A stretch of DNA of 64,000 nucleotides from Alphaproteobacteria bacterium. Lineage in GTDB: Bacteria > Pseudomonadota > Alphaproteobacteria > CBCXTS01. Position numbers and translations under genes: made by a program. This document shows, piece by piece, positions 18,670 through 30,425 of the stretch. The stretch lies in the NCBI GenBank assembly GCA_965178085.1, contig CBCXTS010000026.1, positions 18,109 through 82,108 on the forward strand, in the 5' to 3' direction. Below the pieces are notes generated by a model. That model had not been told where the DNA came from. It searched no databases and worked only from the letters and a program-made list of their open reading frames with translations. Within the stretch, counting starts at the first letter, position 1. The number at the start of each line of letters is the position of its first letter.

Positions 18670-18693
18670 CGCAAGCCTAATGTTAATAAAGGA

Positions 18694-20049
18694 TTATACG
18701 CAAGGAGCACGGTGTGCCCAACCAATTTGGGCTGCACAATCAAGGCATTGCTCAAGGGCTACTTTGGGGCCAATAACAGCAAGTGCTGGAGGGAGGGTAT
18801 CAAGCTTACAAAACCATTGATTGATCATCTGTGTGGTAATGTTTTCTAGGTGGTCTAATATAAAGCCATGATCATGCATTTGTTGATGGACAAGCATTTG
18901 CCTTGCCCATATGCCTGTACGGTTTTCATAAGATTCTAGATTAAATAGAAAACCAGCCTTATAGACTTGTTTTGCTCGATTAAGTTCTTGCAATTGGATC
19001 CCATCAAGTTTTAACTTATCTAATGTTTGCTTAATAGCATGGATGATTTTGTTGGCGTTAGATAGCGCAGTACCAGCGTATATCGTAACACTAGACACAT
19101 CAAGATATGATTGTAAACTTGCACAGATGCTATAGGCAAGAGCGCGTTCTTCACGGATTTCTTGAAACAATCTTGAAGCCATACCACCTCCTAAAATTTC
19201 AACGCCAAGTAATGCAATCATTGCTTGAGTGATGTCTTGTCCATCATAATATTTGTCATGGAAACCAAGCATTAAATGTATTTGCTCGGTATCGATTGCT
19301 TGAGATTTGCACCTTGGGATAAATGGCGCTTTGGTGTAGCTAGATGTAGTTTTGGTAAGGTTTTTAGAAGTGTCTTGTACAACACAAGAGTGGTGCAAAA
19401 ACAATGTGGAAAGATCGCTCATTTCTGCAACGCTTAGCCCACCAGTCATGGACAATACCATATTGGAACATTGATAGTAGCGTTGATGAAACTCTTGCAA
19501 AGTCTGTTGGTTGATGTTGGTGATGCTTTCAAGCGTGCCTAAAATGGGATATGCAAGCATATTATCTCCATATGCTGCGCGACAATACAAGTCTGATACT
19601 CGATCATCAGGTTGATCAGCAGAGCCTGTGATTTCTTGTTTGATTACTTTTCGCTCTTGCTCAATATCTTCAATCTCAAGGCGGGGCAGCAAAACAAGAT
19701 CGCTTAGTACTTGAAAAGCAAGATGAGCATCTTTGCATAATACTTGAACTTCATAGCAAGTTAATTCTTGCGATGTCCATGCGTTGATAGATCCGCCGAC
19801 ATTTTCAATCGTTTCAACTTGCTCTTTAGCGCTATAATGTTTGCTGCCTTTAAACGCCATATGCTCTAGAAAATGGGCAGTGCCGTTGATATCAGGGTGT
19901 TCATGGCGAGAACCTGCTTTGACATAGCATTGTAGAGTAAATGTTTGTATTTGTGCAATGCAATCGCAAATGATGGATAGTTCTTGCGTGCTGTTGGTTG
20001 CTTTGAGTGTTTTAATAATAGGAGTTCTTGCAAGGTTTTCTGATAGCAT
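18694..20049 (-). CDS. M16-family (pitrilysin) zinc peptidase
   Basis: GTAHFLEHMAFKG (HxxEH) and LGGGMASRLFQEIRE..LAY; exact start uncertain. Confidence 0.93.
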   Translation of the reverse strand: MLSENLARTPIIKTLKATNSTQELSIICDCIAQIQTFTLQCYVKAGSRHEHPDINGTAHFLEHMAFKGSKHYSAKEQVETIENVGGSINAWTSQELTCYEVQVLCKDAHLAFQVLSDLVLLPRLEIEDIEQERKVIKQEITGSADQPDDRVSDLYCRAAYGDNMLAYPILGTLESITNINQQTLQEFHQRYYQCSNMVLSMTGGLSVAEMSDLSTLFLHHSCVVQDTSKNLTKTTSSYTKAPFIPRCKSQAIDTEQIHLMLGFHDKYYDGQDITQAMIALLGVEILGGGMASRLFQEIREERALAYSICASLQSYLDVSSVTIYAGTALSNANKIIHAIKQTLDKLKLDGIQLQELNRAKQVYKAGFLFNLESYENRTGIWARQMLVHQQMHDHGFILDHLENITTQMINQWFCKLDTLPPALAVIGPKVALEQCLDCAAQIGWAHRAPCV

Positions 20050-20061
20050 GGATATCAACAA

Positions 20062-21474
20062 TCAAGAAATGGATGTTTGATTGATATCAAGCAATATTTG
20101 CTTGAGAGTGTCTTGGTTGGCTTTGATTTGCGTGACGCGCTCTGGCTTGCTTTCAATGTTATGGAATATCTTGGGCCGTTCTGCTTCAAAGCCAATGGCT
20201 TTATAGACACAATCTGCAAATTTTGCAGGGTGTGCTGTGGCTAATACAACCAAAGGATGGTTAAGAGGTTTGGGTAAGTTTTGTGCTGCAAACATACCTA
20301 CAGCAGTGTGTGGATCTAAAATATATTGTGTTTGCTGATAAGTATGATTAATTTGTGCTAACGTATCTTGATCGCTTGCTTTGCAAGCTAGAAAAATCTC
20401 TGTTAATGCTTGCCAATCTTTAGTAGGCACATTCATACTGCCCGAGTTGCGTAAAGATTGAATTTGTTTGTTTGTTTGTTGTGCATTGCGCCCAAGAACA
20501 GAGTATAAAAGGCGCTCAAAATTACTTGATATTTGAATGTCCATACTAGGCGATAGGCTTGGTTTGACGGCTTGAACAGACATATCATTATGGTGAAAAA
20601 ATCGCGTGAGAATATCGTTATGGTTAGAAGCAACAACAAGATGGGGAATGTTTAACCCCATGCTACGGGCTAACCACCCAGCAAAGACATTACCAAAATT
20701 GCCACTTGGTACAACAAAACTCACAGGCCTTTCGGGTGCGCCAAGACGCAATGCGGCCCAAAAATAATATATAATTTGAGCCAGAATACGACCCCAGTTA
20801 ATAGAATTGACGGCACCAAGCTTTAATTGGTCACGCAAGGTGTCGTCATTAAACATTGCTTTGACAAGATCTTGACAATCGTCAAAACTGCCTTCTACGG
20901 CAATGTTATGAACATTTTTATCCAACACACTTGTCATTTGTGCACGTTGAAAATCAGATACGCGCCCTGCAGGGTGCAACATGCAAATCTGGATGTGCTC
21001 ATGACCTTTGAAAGCATGGATAGCAGCAGAGCCTGTATCGCCTGATGTTGCTCCAACAATGACCATTTTGCGATTACGCTTTGCTAAAAGATCTTCTAAT
21101 AAACCTGCAAGCATTTGCATGCCGAAATCTTTAAAAGCAAGCGTAGGTCCATGAAAAAGCTCTAACATCCAAATATCACGATCAAGATGTGTTAAGGGCG
21201 CAAGAGAGCGATGAGAAAAGCTCTTGGAAGCATGTTGCATAATAGAAAGAGGTAAGTCTTGTGGAAAATGCTTGCCTAAAAAAGGCTGTAATATTTTTGC
21301 AGAAAGCTCTCCATAATTAAGTTGGCGCATGGCTATTAAGGCTTGCTTAGAAAAATGTGGCAATTGTTGAGGAACGTAAAGGCCACCATCGCGTGCTAAT
21401 CCATTGAGCAAAACGCTAGAAAGATCCAGATTATGTTCACCACCTCTGGTGCTTTCATATGTGATTTCATGCAA
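20062..21474 (-). CDS. thrC: Threonine synthase
   Basis: YESTRG, GLARDGGLY, ELFHGPTLAFKD (PLP lysine), ATSGDTG, NSINWGR, PSGNFGN, TAHPAKF. Confidence 0.97.
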   Translation of the reverse strand: MHEITYESTRGGEHNLDLSSVLLNGLARDGGLYVPQQLPHFSKQALIAMRQLNYGELSAKILQPFLGKHFPQDLPLSIMQHASKSFSHRSLAPLTHLDRDIWMLELFHGPTLAFKDFGMQMLAGLLEDLLAKRNRKMVIVGATSGDTGSAAIHAFKGHEHIQICMLHPAGRVSDFQRAQMTSVLDKNVHNIAVEGSFDDCQDLVKAMFNDDTLRDQLKLGAVNSINWGRILAQIIYYFWAALRLGAPERPVSFVVPSGNFGNVFAGWLARSMGLNIPHLVVASNHNDILTRFFHHNDMSVQAVKPSLSPSMDIQISSNFERLLYSVLGRNAQQTNKQIQSLRNSGSMNVPTKDWQALTEIFLACKASDQDTLAQINHTYQQTQYILDPHTAVGMFAAQNLPKPLNHPLVVLATAHPAKFADCVYKAIGFEAERPKIFHNIESKPERVTQIKANQDTLKQILLDINQTSIS

Positions 21475-21539
21475 TGGCTGTTACTCCTTTTCAAAGCACA
21501 TTTTGATTAATGAACCATGATAGATATTGTTGTTTGACA

Positions 21540-22511
21540 TTACAGTAATTTTGTTCCTGGTGACATAGAAAATCCATTTAAAAAATCTTTGGCAGGCAAA
21601 ATAGGTTTTCCCGGGTTTTGTAATTTTGTTATACTGATATAACCATCAGCGCATGCGACATTAAGATGCATAGGATGAGAATTTAAAATAGTCCCTGGGG
21701 GCATTGGTGATGGTGAGGATATGTCCTTATACGAGCATGCAGTTGCCTCATGGACCAATATATGCTTGCCTTGATAATCAAAATATAATGCCCGTCTTGC
21801 TTGTAAAGCGCGATATTGGGCCATAATTTGAAGAGCTGTTTGTTGCCAGTTAAGTTTTGCATCTGCGCGGGTTATTTTGGATGCATAGCAAGCCAATTGA
21901 TCCTGTTGAGGCGATAGCTTTATATCTTTATCTAAATATGGCTGTAGATTTTTACTAAATAGTTGCAAAGATAACTTGCTCAAACGTTGGGATAATTCAT
22001 CTGCTGTTTCATGATCATCAATGGGAGTTGTTAGTTGATCAATAACAGGACCAGTATCTAAGCCTTGATCCATCTTCATTAAGCTTACGCCAGTTGTTGG
22101 ATCATTTGCCATGATTGCTCTTTCAATAGGTGCTGCACCTCTCCAGCGTGGTAAGATAGACGCATGAAGATTGATGCAACCATGGACAGGCAATAACAGC
22201 ATTTTTTGAGGCAGTAAAAGTCCATATGCAATAACAATTGCCAAATCTGGCTTGCATGTTTTGATTTGTTGTAAAGCGGCTTCATCAAGCTTGATGGGGT
22301 TATATATTGGCAAATTAAGAGAGCGAGCAAGGGTTTCAACAGGAGTTGGTTTGAGTGCTAATTTATTGCGCCCTACCGGCCTTGGAGGTTGCGTCCAAAC
22401 ACCAATAATGTTGTAGGATTTTAGTGATAAAAACTCTAAAATGGGAAGAGCAAAATCAGCAGATCCCATGAACATGATGCGTGCAAGCTTTTGTGGTGTT
22501 TTTACATTCAT
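21540..22511 (-). CDS. fmt: Methionyl-tRNA formyltransferase
   Basis: FMGS.DFA, TQPPRP.GR, NLHASILPRWRGAAPI, GLDTG; ATG 22511 overlaps the upstream stop. Confidence 0.96.
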   Translation of the reverse strand: MNVKTPQKLARIMFMGSADFALPILEFLSLKSYNIIGVWTQPPRPVGRNKLALKPTPVETLARSLNLPIYNPIKLDEAALQQIKTCKPDLAIVIAYGLLLPQKMLLLPVHGCINLHASILPRWRGAAPIERAIMANDPTTGVSLMKMDQGLDTGPVIDQLTTPIDDHETADELSQRLSKLSLQLFSKNLQPYLDKDIKLSPQQDQLACYASKITRADAKLNWQQTALQIMAQYRALQARRALYFDYQGKHILVHEATACSYKDISSPSPMPPGTILNSHPMHLNVACADGYISITKLQNPGKPILPAKDFLNGFSMSPGTKLL

Positions 22512-23908
22512 TTTGAAAAACGATTTTGATATAAGCCAAATAATAATACAACTGCCGATCCTGCAATCCATACATGGAACCAACTTGTCCAGAAAGAGTA
22601 ACTAATGACCCATGCGCACAACGCTGCACCCGTGAATGCTGCACTGGTAAGAGCTTGGGGCTTAGGTAAGCTCAATATTTTAATCAACCACGCGCTAATA
22701 AAAACACAAAATGTAATCACACCAAACCATCCAGTTTCTAGCCATAGCTCTAAGACAATGTTATGGGGATGCAATGGCATTGCTTCTTCGGCGTGTAAAA
22801 AGAAGAGATTATCGGAGGCACTGTGACCTAGAAGTTCTGCAGTGTAATGTTTTGTATAAAAATAAAATTGATCGATTGCAATGAAACGAGAATTTCCTGC
22901 TCCAATACCAATCAAAGATAATAAGTCAGATGATTGAAGGGCTGTAGCCCAAATAGATTCTCTGTGTTGATCAATCAATGGCAAAAAATCAGCACTATCG
23001 CTAATAAGAGGCCATCCATTTAAAGATCCAAATGCGTATGTAAGGTATGCTAATATGAACACAGGTATTGAGATCATTATGAAAAAGGTGATGATTGTTT
23101 TAATGATCTGCTTTTGTGCATAGATGCAATACGTATAAATGAGGAGTGCAAAACCACCTGATATGGCTAACAACAATGCTTTTGGCAAGTCTCCATAAGG
23201 ATTGTTTAAGCTGTTGTATAGCGCTAATATGCTATGGATAAGAGTATTATTGATGATGATTAGTAGTAAAAAAGCAATGGAAAAATACAGCCAATAGCGC
23301 ATGCGAGATGTTTGTTTTTGGCATAACATGGCAATGAGTGTTATGCTTATACAAGCTGCAACATTAATAATCGGCTTTCCAAAAAAGAGATTATCCCCAA
23401 TAAAAATAAGCTTGATATAGGCACATATACTAAAGAATAAAATCCAAAAGACATAAATGGATAAAAAGTTTTGCACAAAGAAAGTGTATTGATTGGATGA
23501 TAAAAAATCAATGCGTTTCCATTGATAAATGATCAAAATAGTGCCTAACCCAATAACGATTAAGCGCATTGCCATGTCGATGCTACGTGTGGGCTCAAAA
23601 GCTAAAATCGCTGAAGATAACAGACATAAAATGAAGGCAATAAAACTTAATCCCAAAAGACTGATAGGTTGAATTTTAAAGATTGTCTTAATGGTCAATA
23701 GATAGGAGGAACGCTTAAAATTTGATAAAAACATGGCACAGCAAGCGCTTATGACAGCCAAGGCAAACGAGACAAAAGGACCAGATCGGCCTATTAAACC
23801 AGATGCAGGTACACTTGCAATCATCACCAACATGATGGTTTGATAAAACTCAAACTTTGTTAAGTGAGAGCGCAATATATGCAGAGCATGTGTCAGTTGA
23901 AATGTCAT
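22508..23908 (-). CDS. O-antigen ligase (Wzy_C/WaaL-like) family membrane protein
   Basis: Multi-TM; HR..IW, GIGAG, MPLHPHN..LELWLETG..G. Confidence 0.82.
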   Translation of the reverse strand: MTFQLTHALHILRSHLTKFEFYQTIMLVMIASVPASGLIGRSGPFVSFALAVISACCAMFLSNFKRSSYLLTIKTIFKIQPISLLGLSFIAFILCLLSSAILAFEPTRSIDMAMRLIVIGLGTILIIYQWKRIDFLSSNQYTFFVQNFLSIYVFWILFFSICAYIKLIFIGDNLFFGKPIINVAACISITLIAMLCQKQTSRMRYWLYFSIAFLLLIIINNTLIHSILALYNSLNNPYGDLPKALLLAISGGFALLIYTYCIYAQKQIIKTIITFFIMISIPVFILAYLTYAFGSLNGWPLISDSADFLPLIDQHRESIWATALQSSDLLSLIGIGAGNSRFIAIDQFYFYTKHYTAELLGHSASDNLFFLHAEEAMPLHPHNIVLELWLETGWFGVITFCVFISAWLIKILSLPKPQALTSAAFTGAALCAWVISYSFWTSWFHVWIAGSAVVLLFGLYQNRFSK

Positions 23909-23970
23909 TTTTAAAAATATAGCAGAGGCAAGAAAAAGTTAAAGTTTCAGAAGGTTTAAAATTCAAATAA

Positions 23971-25476
23971 TCATTTGAATTTTTGAGGCAATCCTAAGCT
24001 ACTCCAAATATCATCTATGCGTTGTTTTGTTTGAGAATCCATTTCTAAGAGGCGACCCCATTCACGGTCTGTTTCGGGTGGCCATTTTGCAGTTGCATCA
24101 AGACCTATTTTAGAGCCTAAACCCTCAACTGGTGATGCAAAGTCAAGGTAATCAATAGGTGTATGTTCAATGATGGTTGTATCGCGCGCAGGATCCATGC
24201 AAGTCGAGATAGCCCAGATTACGTCATTCCAATCACGAACATTAATATGTTCATCTACTATAATAACCCATTTTGTGTAAAGGAATTGGCGCAAATATGA
24301 CCACACCCCCATCATAATACGTTTTGCATGTCCAGGCCATGCTTTGCGTATCGAAACAACAGCAATGCGATAGCTACATGCTTCAGGAGGCAACCAAAAA
24401 TCAACAATCTCTGGAAACTGTTGCTGCAATAGAGGTACAAATACATCATTAAGAGCAGCACCCAATACTGAAGGCTCATCAGGAGGGCGACCTGTGAAGG
24501 TAGATAAATAAATAGGATTTTGGCGCCTTGTGATTGCTGTAATTTCAAAAACAGGAAATTTTTCAACAGAGTTGTAATAGCCAGTATGATCTCCAAATGG
24601 TCCTTCATCAACCATTTCATCAAGCTTGACATATCCTTCTAGTACGATTTCTGCATTGGCAGGAACTTTTAGCTCAACGGTCTTGCAATCAACAAGGTCA
24701 ACAGGTTTTTTTCGAAGTAAGCCAGCAAATTGATATTCGCTCAAAGTGTCGGGAATAGGTGTTACTGCGGCAATGATGGTGCATGGATCACAACCAATGA
24801 CCACTGCTGCGGGCAGGTGCTTTGATGGTGTTTGCTTTTTCCATCGATTAAAATGCTGAGCACCGCCGCGATGCTTTAACCAACGCATTGCAGTATGATT
24901 ACGATCAAGTACTTGCATGCGATAAATGCCGATATTGAAGCGGTCTTGTCTGTTTTGCTTAGGTTGTGGACCTTGTGTAACAACAAGAGGCCATGTAATC
25001 AGTGGTCCAGGCTCGCCTGGCCAGCAATTTTGGATGGGCAGGTTATATAAATTAATATCGCTACCGGTTTCAATAACCTCGTGGACACAAGCCGAGCGTA
25101 CGGTTTTAGCGCGCATGTTTAGTAGGTTTTTAGCTATGGGAAGCATAGAAATTGTTTCTTTGAGGGAGTCTGGTGGATCTGGTTGACGAAGAAAAGCTAG
25201 CATTTCACCTATTTCACGCAAGCCATCATTTGTACAATGCATTGCTTTAGCAACACGCTCTACAGTGCCAAATAAATTAACAAGAACAGGAATGTCGCTG
25301 ATGCTACCATCAGGCATAACAGGTTTTTCAAACAGAATGCATGGTCCATTGTGCGCGAGCAAGCGTGTTTGAATTTCGGTCATTTCAAGGTCAGTTTTGA
25401 TAGGGGTGCTAATGCGATATAGATCGCCATTTTTTTCAAGCATATCTATAAAACTGCGTAAATCTTTATAATACAT
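23971..25476 (-). CDS. ubiD: UbiD-family decarboxylase
   Basis: [40 protein letters not shown]. Confidence 0.96.
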   Translation of the reverse strand: MYYKDLRSFIDMLEKNGDLYRISTPIKTDLEMTEIQTRLLAHNGPCILFEKPVMPDGSISDIPVLVNLFGTVERVAKAMHCTNDGLREIGEMLAFLRQPDPPDSLKETISMLPIAKNLLNMRAKTVRSACVHEVIETGSDINLYNLPIQNCWPGEPGPLITWPLVVTQGPQPKQNRQDRFNIGIYRMQVLDRNHTAMRWLKHRGGAQHFNRWKKQTPSKHLPAAVVIGCDPCTIIAAVTPIPDTLSEYQFAGLLRKKPVDLVDCKTVELKVPANAEIVLEGYVKLDEMVDEGPFGDHTGYYNSVEKFPVFEITAITRRQNPIYLSTFTGRPPDEPSVLGAALNDVFVPLLQQQFPEIVDFWLPPEACSYRIAVVSIRKAWPGHAKRIMMGVWSYLRQFLYTKWVIIVDEHINVRDWNDVIWAISTCMDPARDTTIIEHTPIDYLDFASPVEGLGSKIGLDATAKWPPETDREWGRLLEMDSQTKQRIDDIWSSLGLPQKFK

Positions 25477-25647
25477 GGTTGCCTATTTAAAGCGTGATAT
25501 TTTTAACATGAAGTTTGATGGATTGCTCCATGGTTGCATAACTATAAGAATACATCTTTATGACAGTTAAGATATTCATTGCAAGCTATTCATAGCAAGA
25601 TTGGCGTTTGATCCTTAATTGTATGACGATATTTTTGTTTTATATGG

Positions 25648-28434
25648 TTATTCAATAGAGTTGCATCTTTTGGTATGTTGTTGATCAACATATAACGGAG
25701 TTAGGATTGATTGTTGGTTTTGTTGGTTACTTTTAGGGTGTTGTTGTTTGATAGAAAATTGAGGATCTAGCAAATGACCTGATGCATGTATGTTTGTTTG
25801 GATGTTAATTGTTTTGAGGATATTTAAACGATTATGTAAATGAAGGTTTATATTGTTGCCAGGCAGATTGATTGTGCCATGTGCTTTTGCATTAAGATTT
25901 GCGGTGTTAAGTTTTAAAAACTCGATATTGCCAATACCGTCTTTAAAAACTGTACCATATATAAAACAAGTAAGATCTGGTTTTACACCTTTGATTGCGT
26001 TGATAAGGGTTAAAAAACTGTTTACAAAAATTTGCTTGTCTAATAAAGCGCTTAGATTAATAGTTAATGCGCGATCTGCTACATTGATTGATCCGTTTAG
26101 CGTTTGAGCAAAATCATGCCATGAGTTGCCGCGCATTTCTAGGCTAGCATTTCCAGCGATAGCACCACTTAAAACAGGAGGCAGGTTTGCAAGACTTGCA
26201 AAAGGATCAAGCCTAATATTGTCGGTGTTAATTTTTGTTTTGATATCCACAACAGGTTTGGTGTTAGTGTTATTAATGTACTTGATGATCATAGAAGCAT
26301 CTAATGATCCACCAACGCTATCTGCAATACGTAATGATTTGATATTAAGTTTACTATCAAAAAGGTTAGCTTGTAATGTAACTTGACTTAATGCTGCGCT
26401 GTCATTGATTGCTATTTGCTCGCCAACAAAATCAAGTTGGCCATTGACAAGAGATAAGCCATCTAAATGATGGATGCGGCGCTTTGAAAGTGGATGCAAT
26501 TTGTCGGTTTTTGGTTCCAATAGAAGCTCTGCCTGCGTGGGCTTTGTTTGCTTGCTGGGGTGTGTTGTAGAGCTATGTAAGGTTGTTGTTTTATCAGAGC
26601 CTGGCTTTAGTTTTATGACATTAAAATCTAATAGATTAAGTTTTTGAGATGTCAAGCTTGCTGAAATAGAAGGTATAGATTTGCTAATATCAATGGATAT
26701 TTTGCCACCTATATCACTGTCGCCTAGTTCTAGTGAAAAGGGATTTAGATTAACGTCTTGACCAAAACGACCATTGAATGAGAATGCTGTGCTGGTAGGT
26801 TTTGGGTTATAAAATAATGCTTTTGTAAGCGATGAGAATGCGTTTAAATCAGATGATTGAAAATGTACATCACCTTGAAAAAATCCATGTTCCTTCAAAG
26901 ACCCTGCAGATCCCGTAAGGTTTAGCCAGATGTTTGTTTTTTCTTGTCCAATTTCAAGATGGAACATATCAACGCCATAATTGTCGAATGATTTTCCTGA
27001 GCCTGCAATATGTGTATTTAAAGATAGTTTTCCTAGCGGCAATTTTTCAATTTTTTTAGCAAATTTTGGATGATGCCACGTAGCTATTTGCGAAATGATT
27101 TCTTGTGCGTGCAAGGCGTTTGCTTTTAACGCGAAATGCGTATCATTGAGTGTAAAAACATTGCCAGTGGCTGCGCTCATCACAGCATGAAAAGGAGAGC
27201 CTGGCATACCAACTTCAAGCTGCTTTGATTTAAGCGATAAAGGGCTTAAGGAGTCTTTTGTGGCATCACCTTGTAGTTCAAAATCAAGAAATATTTTGCC
27301 AAGTGCAGGTATTGTGGGCAAGCCTAGATTGAAAGCGTCATTCCATTGATTGATATCATCAATTGATTGCATGTTGATCGTGCCAGACAAATTTAACATA
27401 CCAAGTTGGAGTAAATTGCCAATACTACCTTGTAGTTTGCTAACAAGAGGTGATGTTGTATCTCCCAGGATAAAGTCTAAAGTTTGAACAGCAATATTGT
27501 TAGAGTTGTTGTTTGTTAAACCGTTGATGAAATGTGCATTCAGTGATGCCGGTCCTTTAATAGGTACAGCAATGCTTGACATATGAGCCAGCTCTTCAAG
27601 GGCAGATGTCATTAGGTTAAAACGAATATCCAATCCAGAAAGATCAGCAATATTGTCAATGCTACCTTCGATAGTAGCTTTGGTGTTGGCAACATCCATA
27701 CGAAGATTAATAGGCCAACTTTGTGCAAAACCAGGTGCGCCAATGACACCATCGGCGCTAATTTTGTGCCCTTGAAATTGCATATCAAGGTGGGTTTTTA
27801 AGACTCTGTTGTTTGTTTGATCTTGGATAAGGCTTAGTGTTTTTAACTCAAGTGCTTGAGTTAGGCCAAGTTGATGATTAAAAAACTCGATCGTAATGTT
27901 AGAGATATCTACATGATGAAACAAAGGCAAAAAGACTGGTTTTAAATCAGCTATAAGCTGCTCAAAATTTACTCCTAATGTTTGGACATTTTCTTCTAGC
28001 GGTGGTGTTTGCGTTTTAGGAGTTGATGTTTTGGGAGACAAAAAATCAAAATTATGTGCACCAGATTTTGTAGTTTCAAGCAACACATAGACATCTTGTA
28101 TCTCAAGAGAAGAGATATCAATAAGACCTAAAAAAAGACGACTGATATCTAATATAATATTAGCTTTGCCGATGGATAATGCGTTTGGATGATCAGACCA
28201 GCTTGGATTGGCAAATTCGATGTTTTCAAGATATAATTTTGGCTCAAGTGAAAGTTCTAAAGAAAGGTTGCCATTGATTTTAAGAGGACGGTTTGTTTGT
28301 TCATGTACAAATTGCTCTATCTCAGGGCGCCAATTATTCAAATCAAGATTTGTTAAAAATACAACCAAACTTGCCAATGCAACGCTAAGTAGTACAGTGA
28401 AGATTAATAGAGTTTTTAAAAATTTCTTTAGCAT
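25648..28434 (-). CDS. AsmA-family protein
   Basis: N-terminal TM anchor, DLNNWRP.IE..V...T.R.L.I.G and FANPSWS; beta-rich body with AsmA-like C-terminus. Confidence 0.85.
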   Translation of the reverse strand: MLKKFLKTLLIFTVLLSVALASLVVFLTNLDLNNWRPEIEQFVHEQTNRPLKINGNLSLELSLEPKLYLENIEFANPSWSDHPNALSIGKANIILDISRLFLGLIDISSLEIQDVYVLLETTKSGAHNFDFLSPKTSTPKTQTPPLEENVQTLGVNFEQLIADLKPVFLPLFHHVDISNITIEFFNHQLGLTQALELKTLSLIQDQTNNRVLKTHLDMQFQGHKISADGVIGAPGFAQSWPINLRMDVANTKATIEGSIDNIADLSGLDIRFNLMTSALEELAHMSSIAVPIKGPASLNAHFINGLTNNNSNNIAVQTLDFILGDTTSPLVSKLQGSIGNLLQLGMLNLSGTINMQSIDDINQWNDAFNLGLPTIPALGKIFLDFELQGDATKDSLSPLSLKSKQLEVGMPGSPFHAVMSAATGNVFTLNDTHFALKANALHAQEIISQIATWHHPKFAKKIEKLPLGKLSLNTHIAGSGKSFDNYGVDMFHLEIGQEKTNIWLNLTGSAGSLKEHGFFQGDVHFQSSDLNAFSSLTKALFYNPKPTSTAFSFNGRFGQDVNLNPFSLELGDSDIGGKISIDISKSIPSISASLTSQKLNLLDFNVIKLKPGSDKTTTLHSSTTHPSKQTKPTQAELLLEPKTDKLHPLSKRRIHHLDGLSLVNGQLDFVGEQIAINDSAALSQVTLQANLFDSKLNIKSLRIADSVGGSLDASMIIKYINNTNTKPVVDIKTKINTDNIRLDPFASLANLPPVLSGAIAGNASLEMRGNSWHDFAQTLNGSINVADRALTINLSALLDKQIFVNSFLTLINAIKGVKPDLTCFIYGTVFKDGIGNIEFLKLNTANLNAKAHGTINLPGNNINLHLHNRLNILKTINIQTNIHASGHLLDPQFSIKQQHPKSNQQNQQSILTPLYVDQQHTKRCNSIE

Positions 28435-29114
28435 TGGCTCAATGTTGGATTTTGTTTGTTGGTTAAGTTTTCAATAAATGTAGCAATATCAAACATTTGC
28501 TCAACAACAATGGCAGCACCAGCTTGGTAGAGTTGTGTATTGGTGTGATTGCCCCAAGCAACACCAAGGGCGTGTACATTAGCGTTTGTTGCCATGTGCA
28601 TATCAAATGTTGTATCGCCTATCATGATTGTTTCAGATGCCTTAAAGCAACAGGTATCCATAATATTTTGTAAAATGGTTGGATTGGGTTTGCCAGGTCC
28701 ATCATCTGCTGATTGTGTCATGGTAAAATATTTTTCTATATGATGATGTTGTAATTGGTAATCAAGGCTTTTTCTGCCCATGCCAGTTGCAATAGCAAGT
28801 GTAGAGCCATTTAGGGTTAAATGCTGTAATAAATTTTTAACATTTGGATATAAGGGCGATTGATGATGAGATAAAGATTGTTGAAATGCTCTTGCATGGC
28901 GTGTGTAATGGCTAGATAATATTTCAATAAGGGCTTGATCTCCATCATTGAGCAAGCGACCAATAGCGCTTTGAAGATTAAGACCTATGGTCTGGCGAAT
29001 TTCCTCATCATCAGGGGCCTGTAACTCTTCATCATGAAAAGCCTTTTGCATATGCTTGATAATTGCAAATTGCGAATCTACTAATGTTCCGTCGAAGTCA
29101 AATACTATTAACAA
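28428..29114 (-). CDS. HAD-IA family phosphatase (Gph-like)
   Basis: FDFDGTLVDS, IATG, KPNP, MIGDTTFD; TTG start. Confidence 0.92.
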   Translation of the reverse strand: MLIVFDFDGTLVDSQFAIIKHMQKAFHDEELQAPDDEEIRQTIGLNLQSAIGRLLNDGDQALIEILSSHYTRHARAFQQSLSHHQSPLYPNVKNLLQHLTLNGSTLAIATGMGRKSLDYQLQHHHIEKYFTMTQSADDGPGKPNPTILQNIMDTCCFKASETIMIGDTTFDMHMATNANVHALGVAWGNHTNTQLYQAGAAIVVEQMFDIATFIENLTNKQNPTLSQC

Positions 29115-29177
29115 TGGGTTTTTTTGGTTGTTGTTGATATAATGATTGATGATGTTGGTTTAAAGCGTGGGTGTTTT

Positions 29178-30425
29178 TTAAGTTTGAATGTGGTCACAAT
29201 ATAGATTTCTATTATACCACCATATTGATATAGCAGGCACAAGTAAGATTAGCATGAATAAATAGAGATTACTATTTCCAGCTTGTTGATAGAAAAAACC
29301 TGCGCATATTGGTCCAATAATACGAGCAAGACTTGCAAATGATTGCGCGCCACTTAAGGCGCTTGCTTTTAATGATTGGGGCGCAATTTGTGATATTAGG
29401 CTTTGTACGCAAGGATTGTGGAGGCTAATTGCACATGCAAATATGAGAATGGGTAAAAGAGCAAACCATATTGGTGGAATAAATAGTAAAACTTTCATTA
29501 AGATGATAGTGTATGCCATTGCTAATACGCCAATGATTAGTAGAATTAACGCTATAGCGATTAAGCGATATTCACCAAATTTTATTTTTAGCCTGCTGAT
29601 CAACCCACCTTGCACGACGGCGCTCATTAAGCCGGCTGCTCCAAGCAAAAAACCTACTTCCATAGGGCCATAGCCAAATACATCAAGACACCATAAAGCA
29701 TAACTTGCCTCAATGGCTGTAAAAAGTATCAAAACACAACCATATATGCCCCAAAAGCTATGCAATTTGCGATTGCATATTAATGCTAAGAGTGATTTTT
29801 TGTTAACAGGATTTTGATTGGTTTTTGTTTCTTGAATTTTTAAAATAGTTACAAGAATTGCAATGAATGTAAAGAAAGCTGCACAAAATGCCGTTAAACC
29901 AAGGCCAGCAGGTCCGATATTAGGAATAGTGATAAAGTCTGCTAAAATGAGTGCTGTAAGCAATGGCCCAATTGTAAAACCAACACCAAAGGCAGCGCCT
30001 AAAAGTCCCATGGCACGTGTACGGTGCTCGGCTTTGCATAAATCACTAACCATAGCTTGTGTGGCAATTGTCCATCCAGCGCTTAAACCCGCAAGCGCGC
30101 GTGCTAGATAAATCTCTGTCACGCTAGAACTGAACCCAAGCCAAACATATCCAACGAGCGTACCAAAAGCGCTGATGATAATCACATGTTTACGGCCAAT
30201 GAGATCGCATAAATATCCCCAGATAGGTGCAGTGATGAATGAACATGCAGAAAAAACTGCAAAAATAGCAACGGTTTGAAATTCACTACCACCACTTGCG
30301 TGCACCATAAATGGCAATGCTGGAATTAATATACCCAATCCAAGGATATAAATAAATAGCGCTCCAACAACAGGTAAAAGAGGCTTGATGTCGAATGCAT
30401 TGTTATGGGCGTTGTTTTGTATCAT
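29178..30425 (-). CDS. MFS transporter, DHA1/TetA-like
   Basis: About 12 TM; motif A G.LCDLIGRK and motif C GAAFGVGFTIGP. Confidence 0.9.
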   Translation of the reverse strand: MIQNNAHNNAFDIKPLLPVVGALFIYILGLGILIPALPFMVHASGGSEFQTVAIFAVFSACSFITAPIWGYLCDLIGRKHVIIISAFGTLVGYVWLGFSSSVTEIYLARALAGLSAGWTIATQAMVSDLCKAEHRTRAMGLLGAAFGVGFTIGPLLTALILADFITIPNIGPAGLGLTAFCAAFFTFIAILVTILKIQETKTNQNPVNKKSLLALICNRKLHSFWGIYGCVLILFTAIEASYALWCLDVFGYGPMEVGFLLGAAGLMSAVVQGGLISRLKIKFGEYRLIAIALILLIIGVLAMAYTIILMKVLLFIPPIWFALLPILIFACAISLHNPCVQSLISQIAPQSLKASALSGAQSFASLARIIGPICAGFFYQQAGNSNLYLFMLILLVPAISIWWYNRNLYCDHIQT

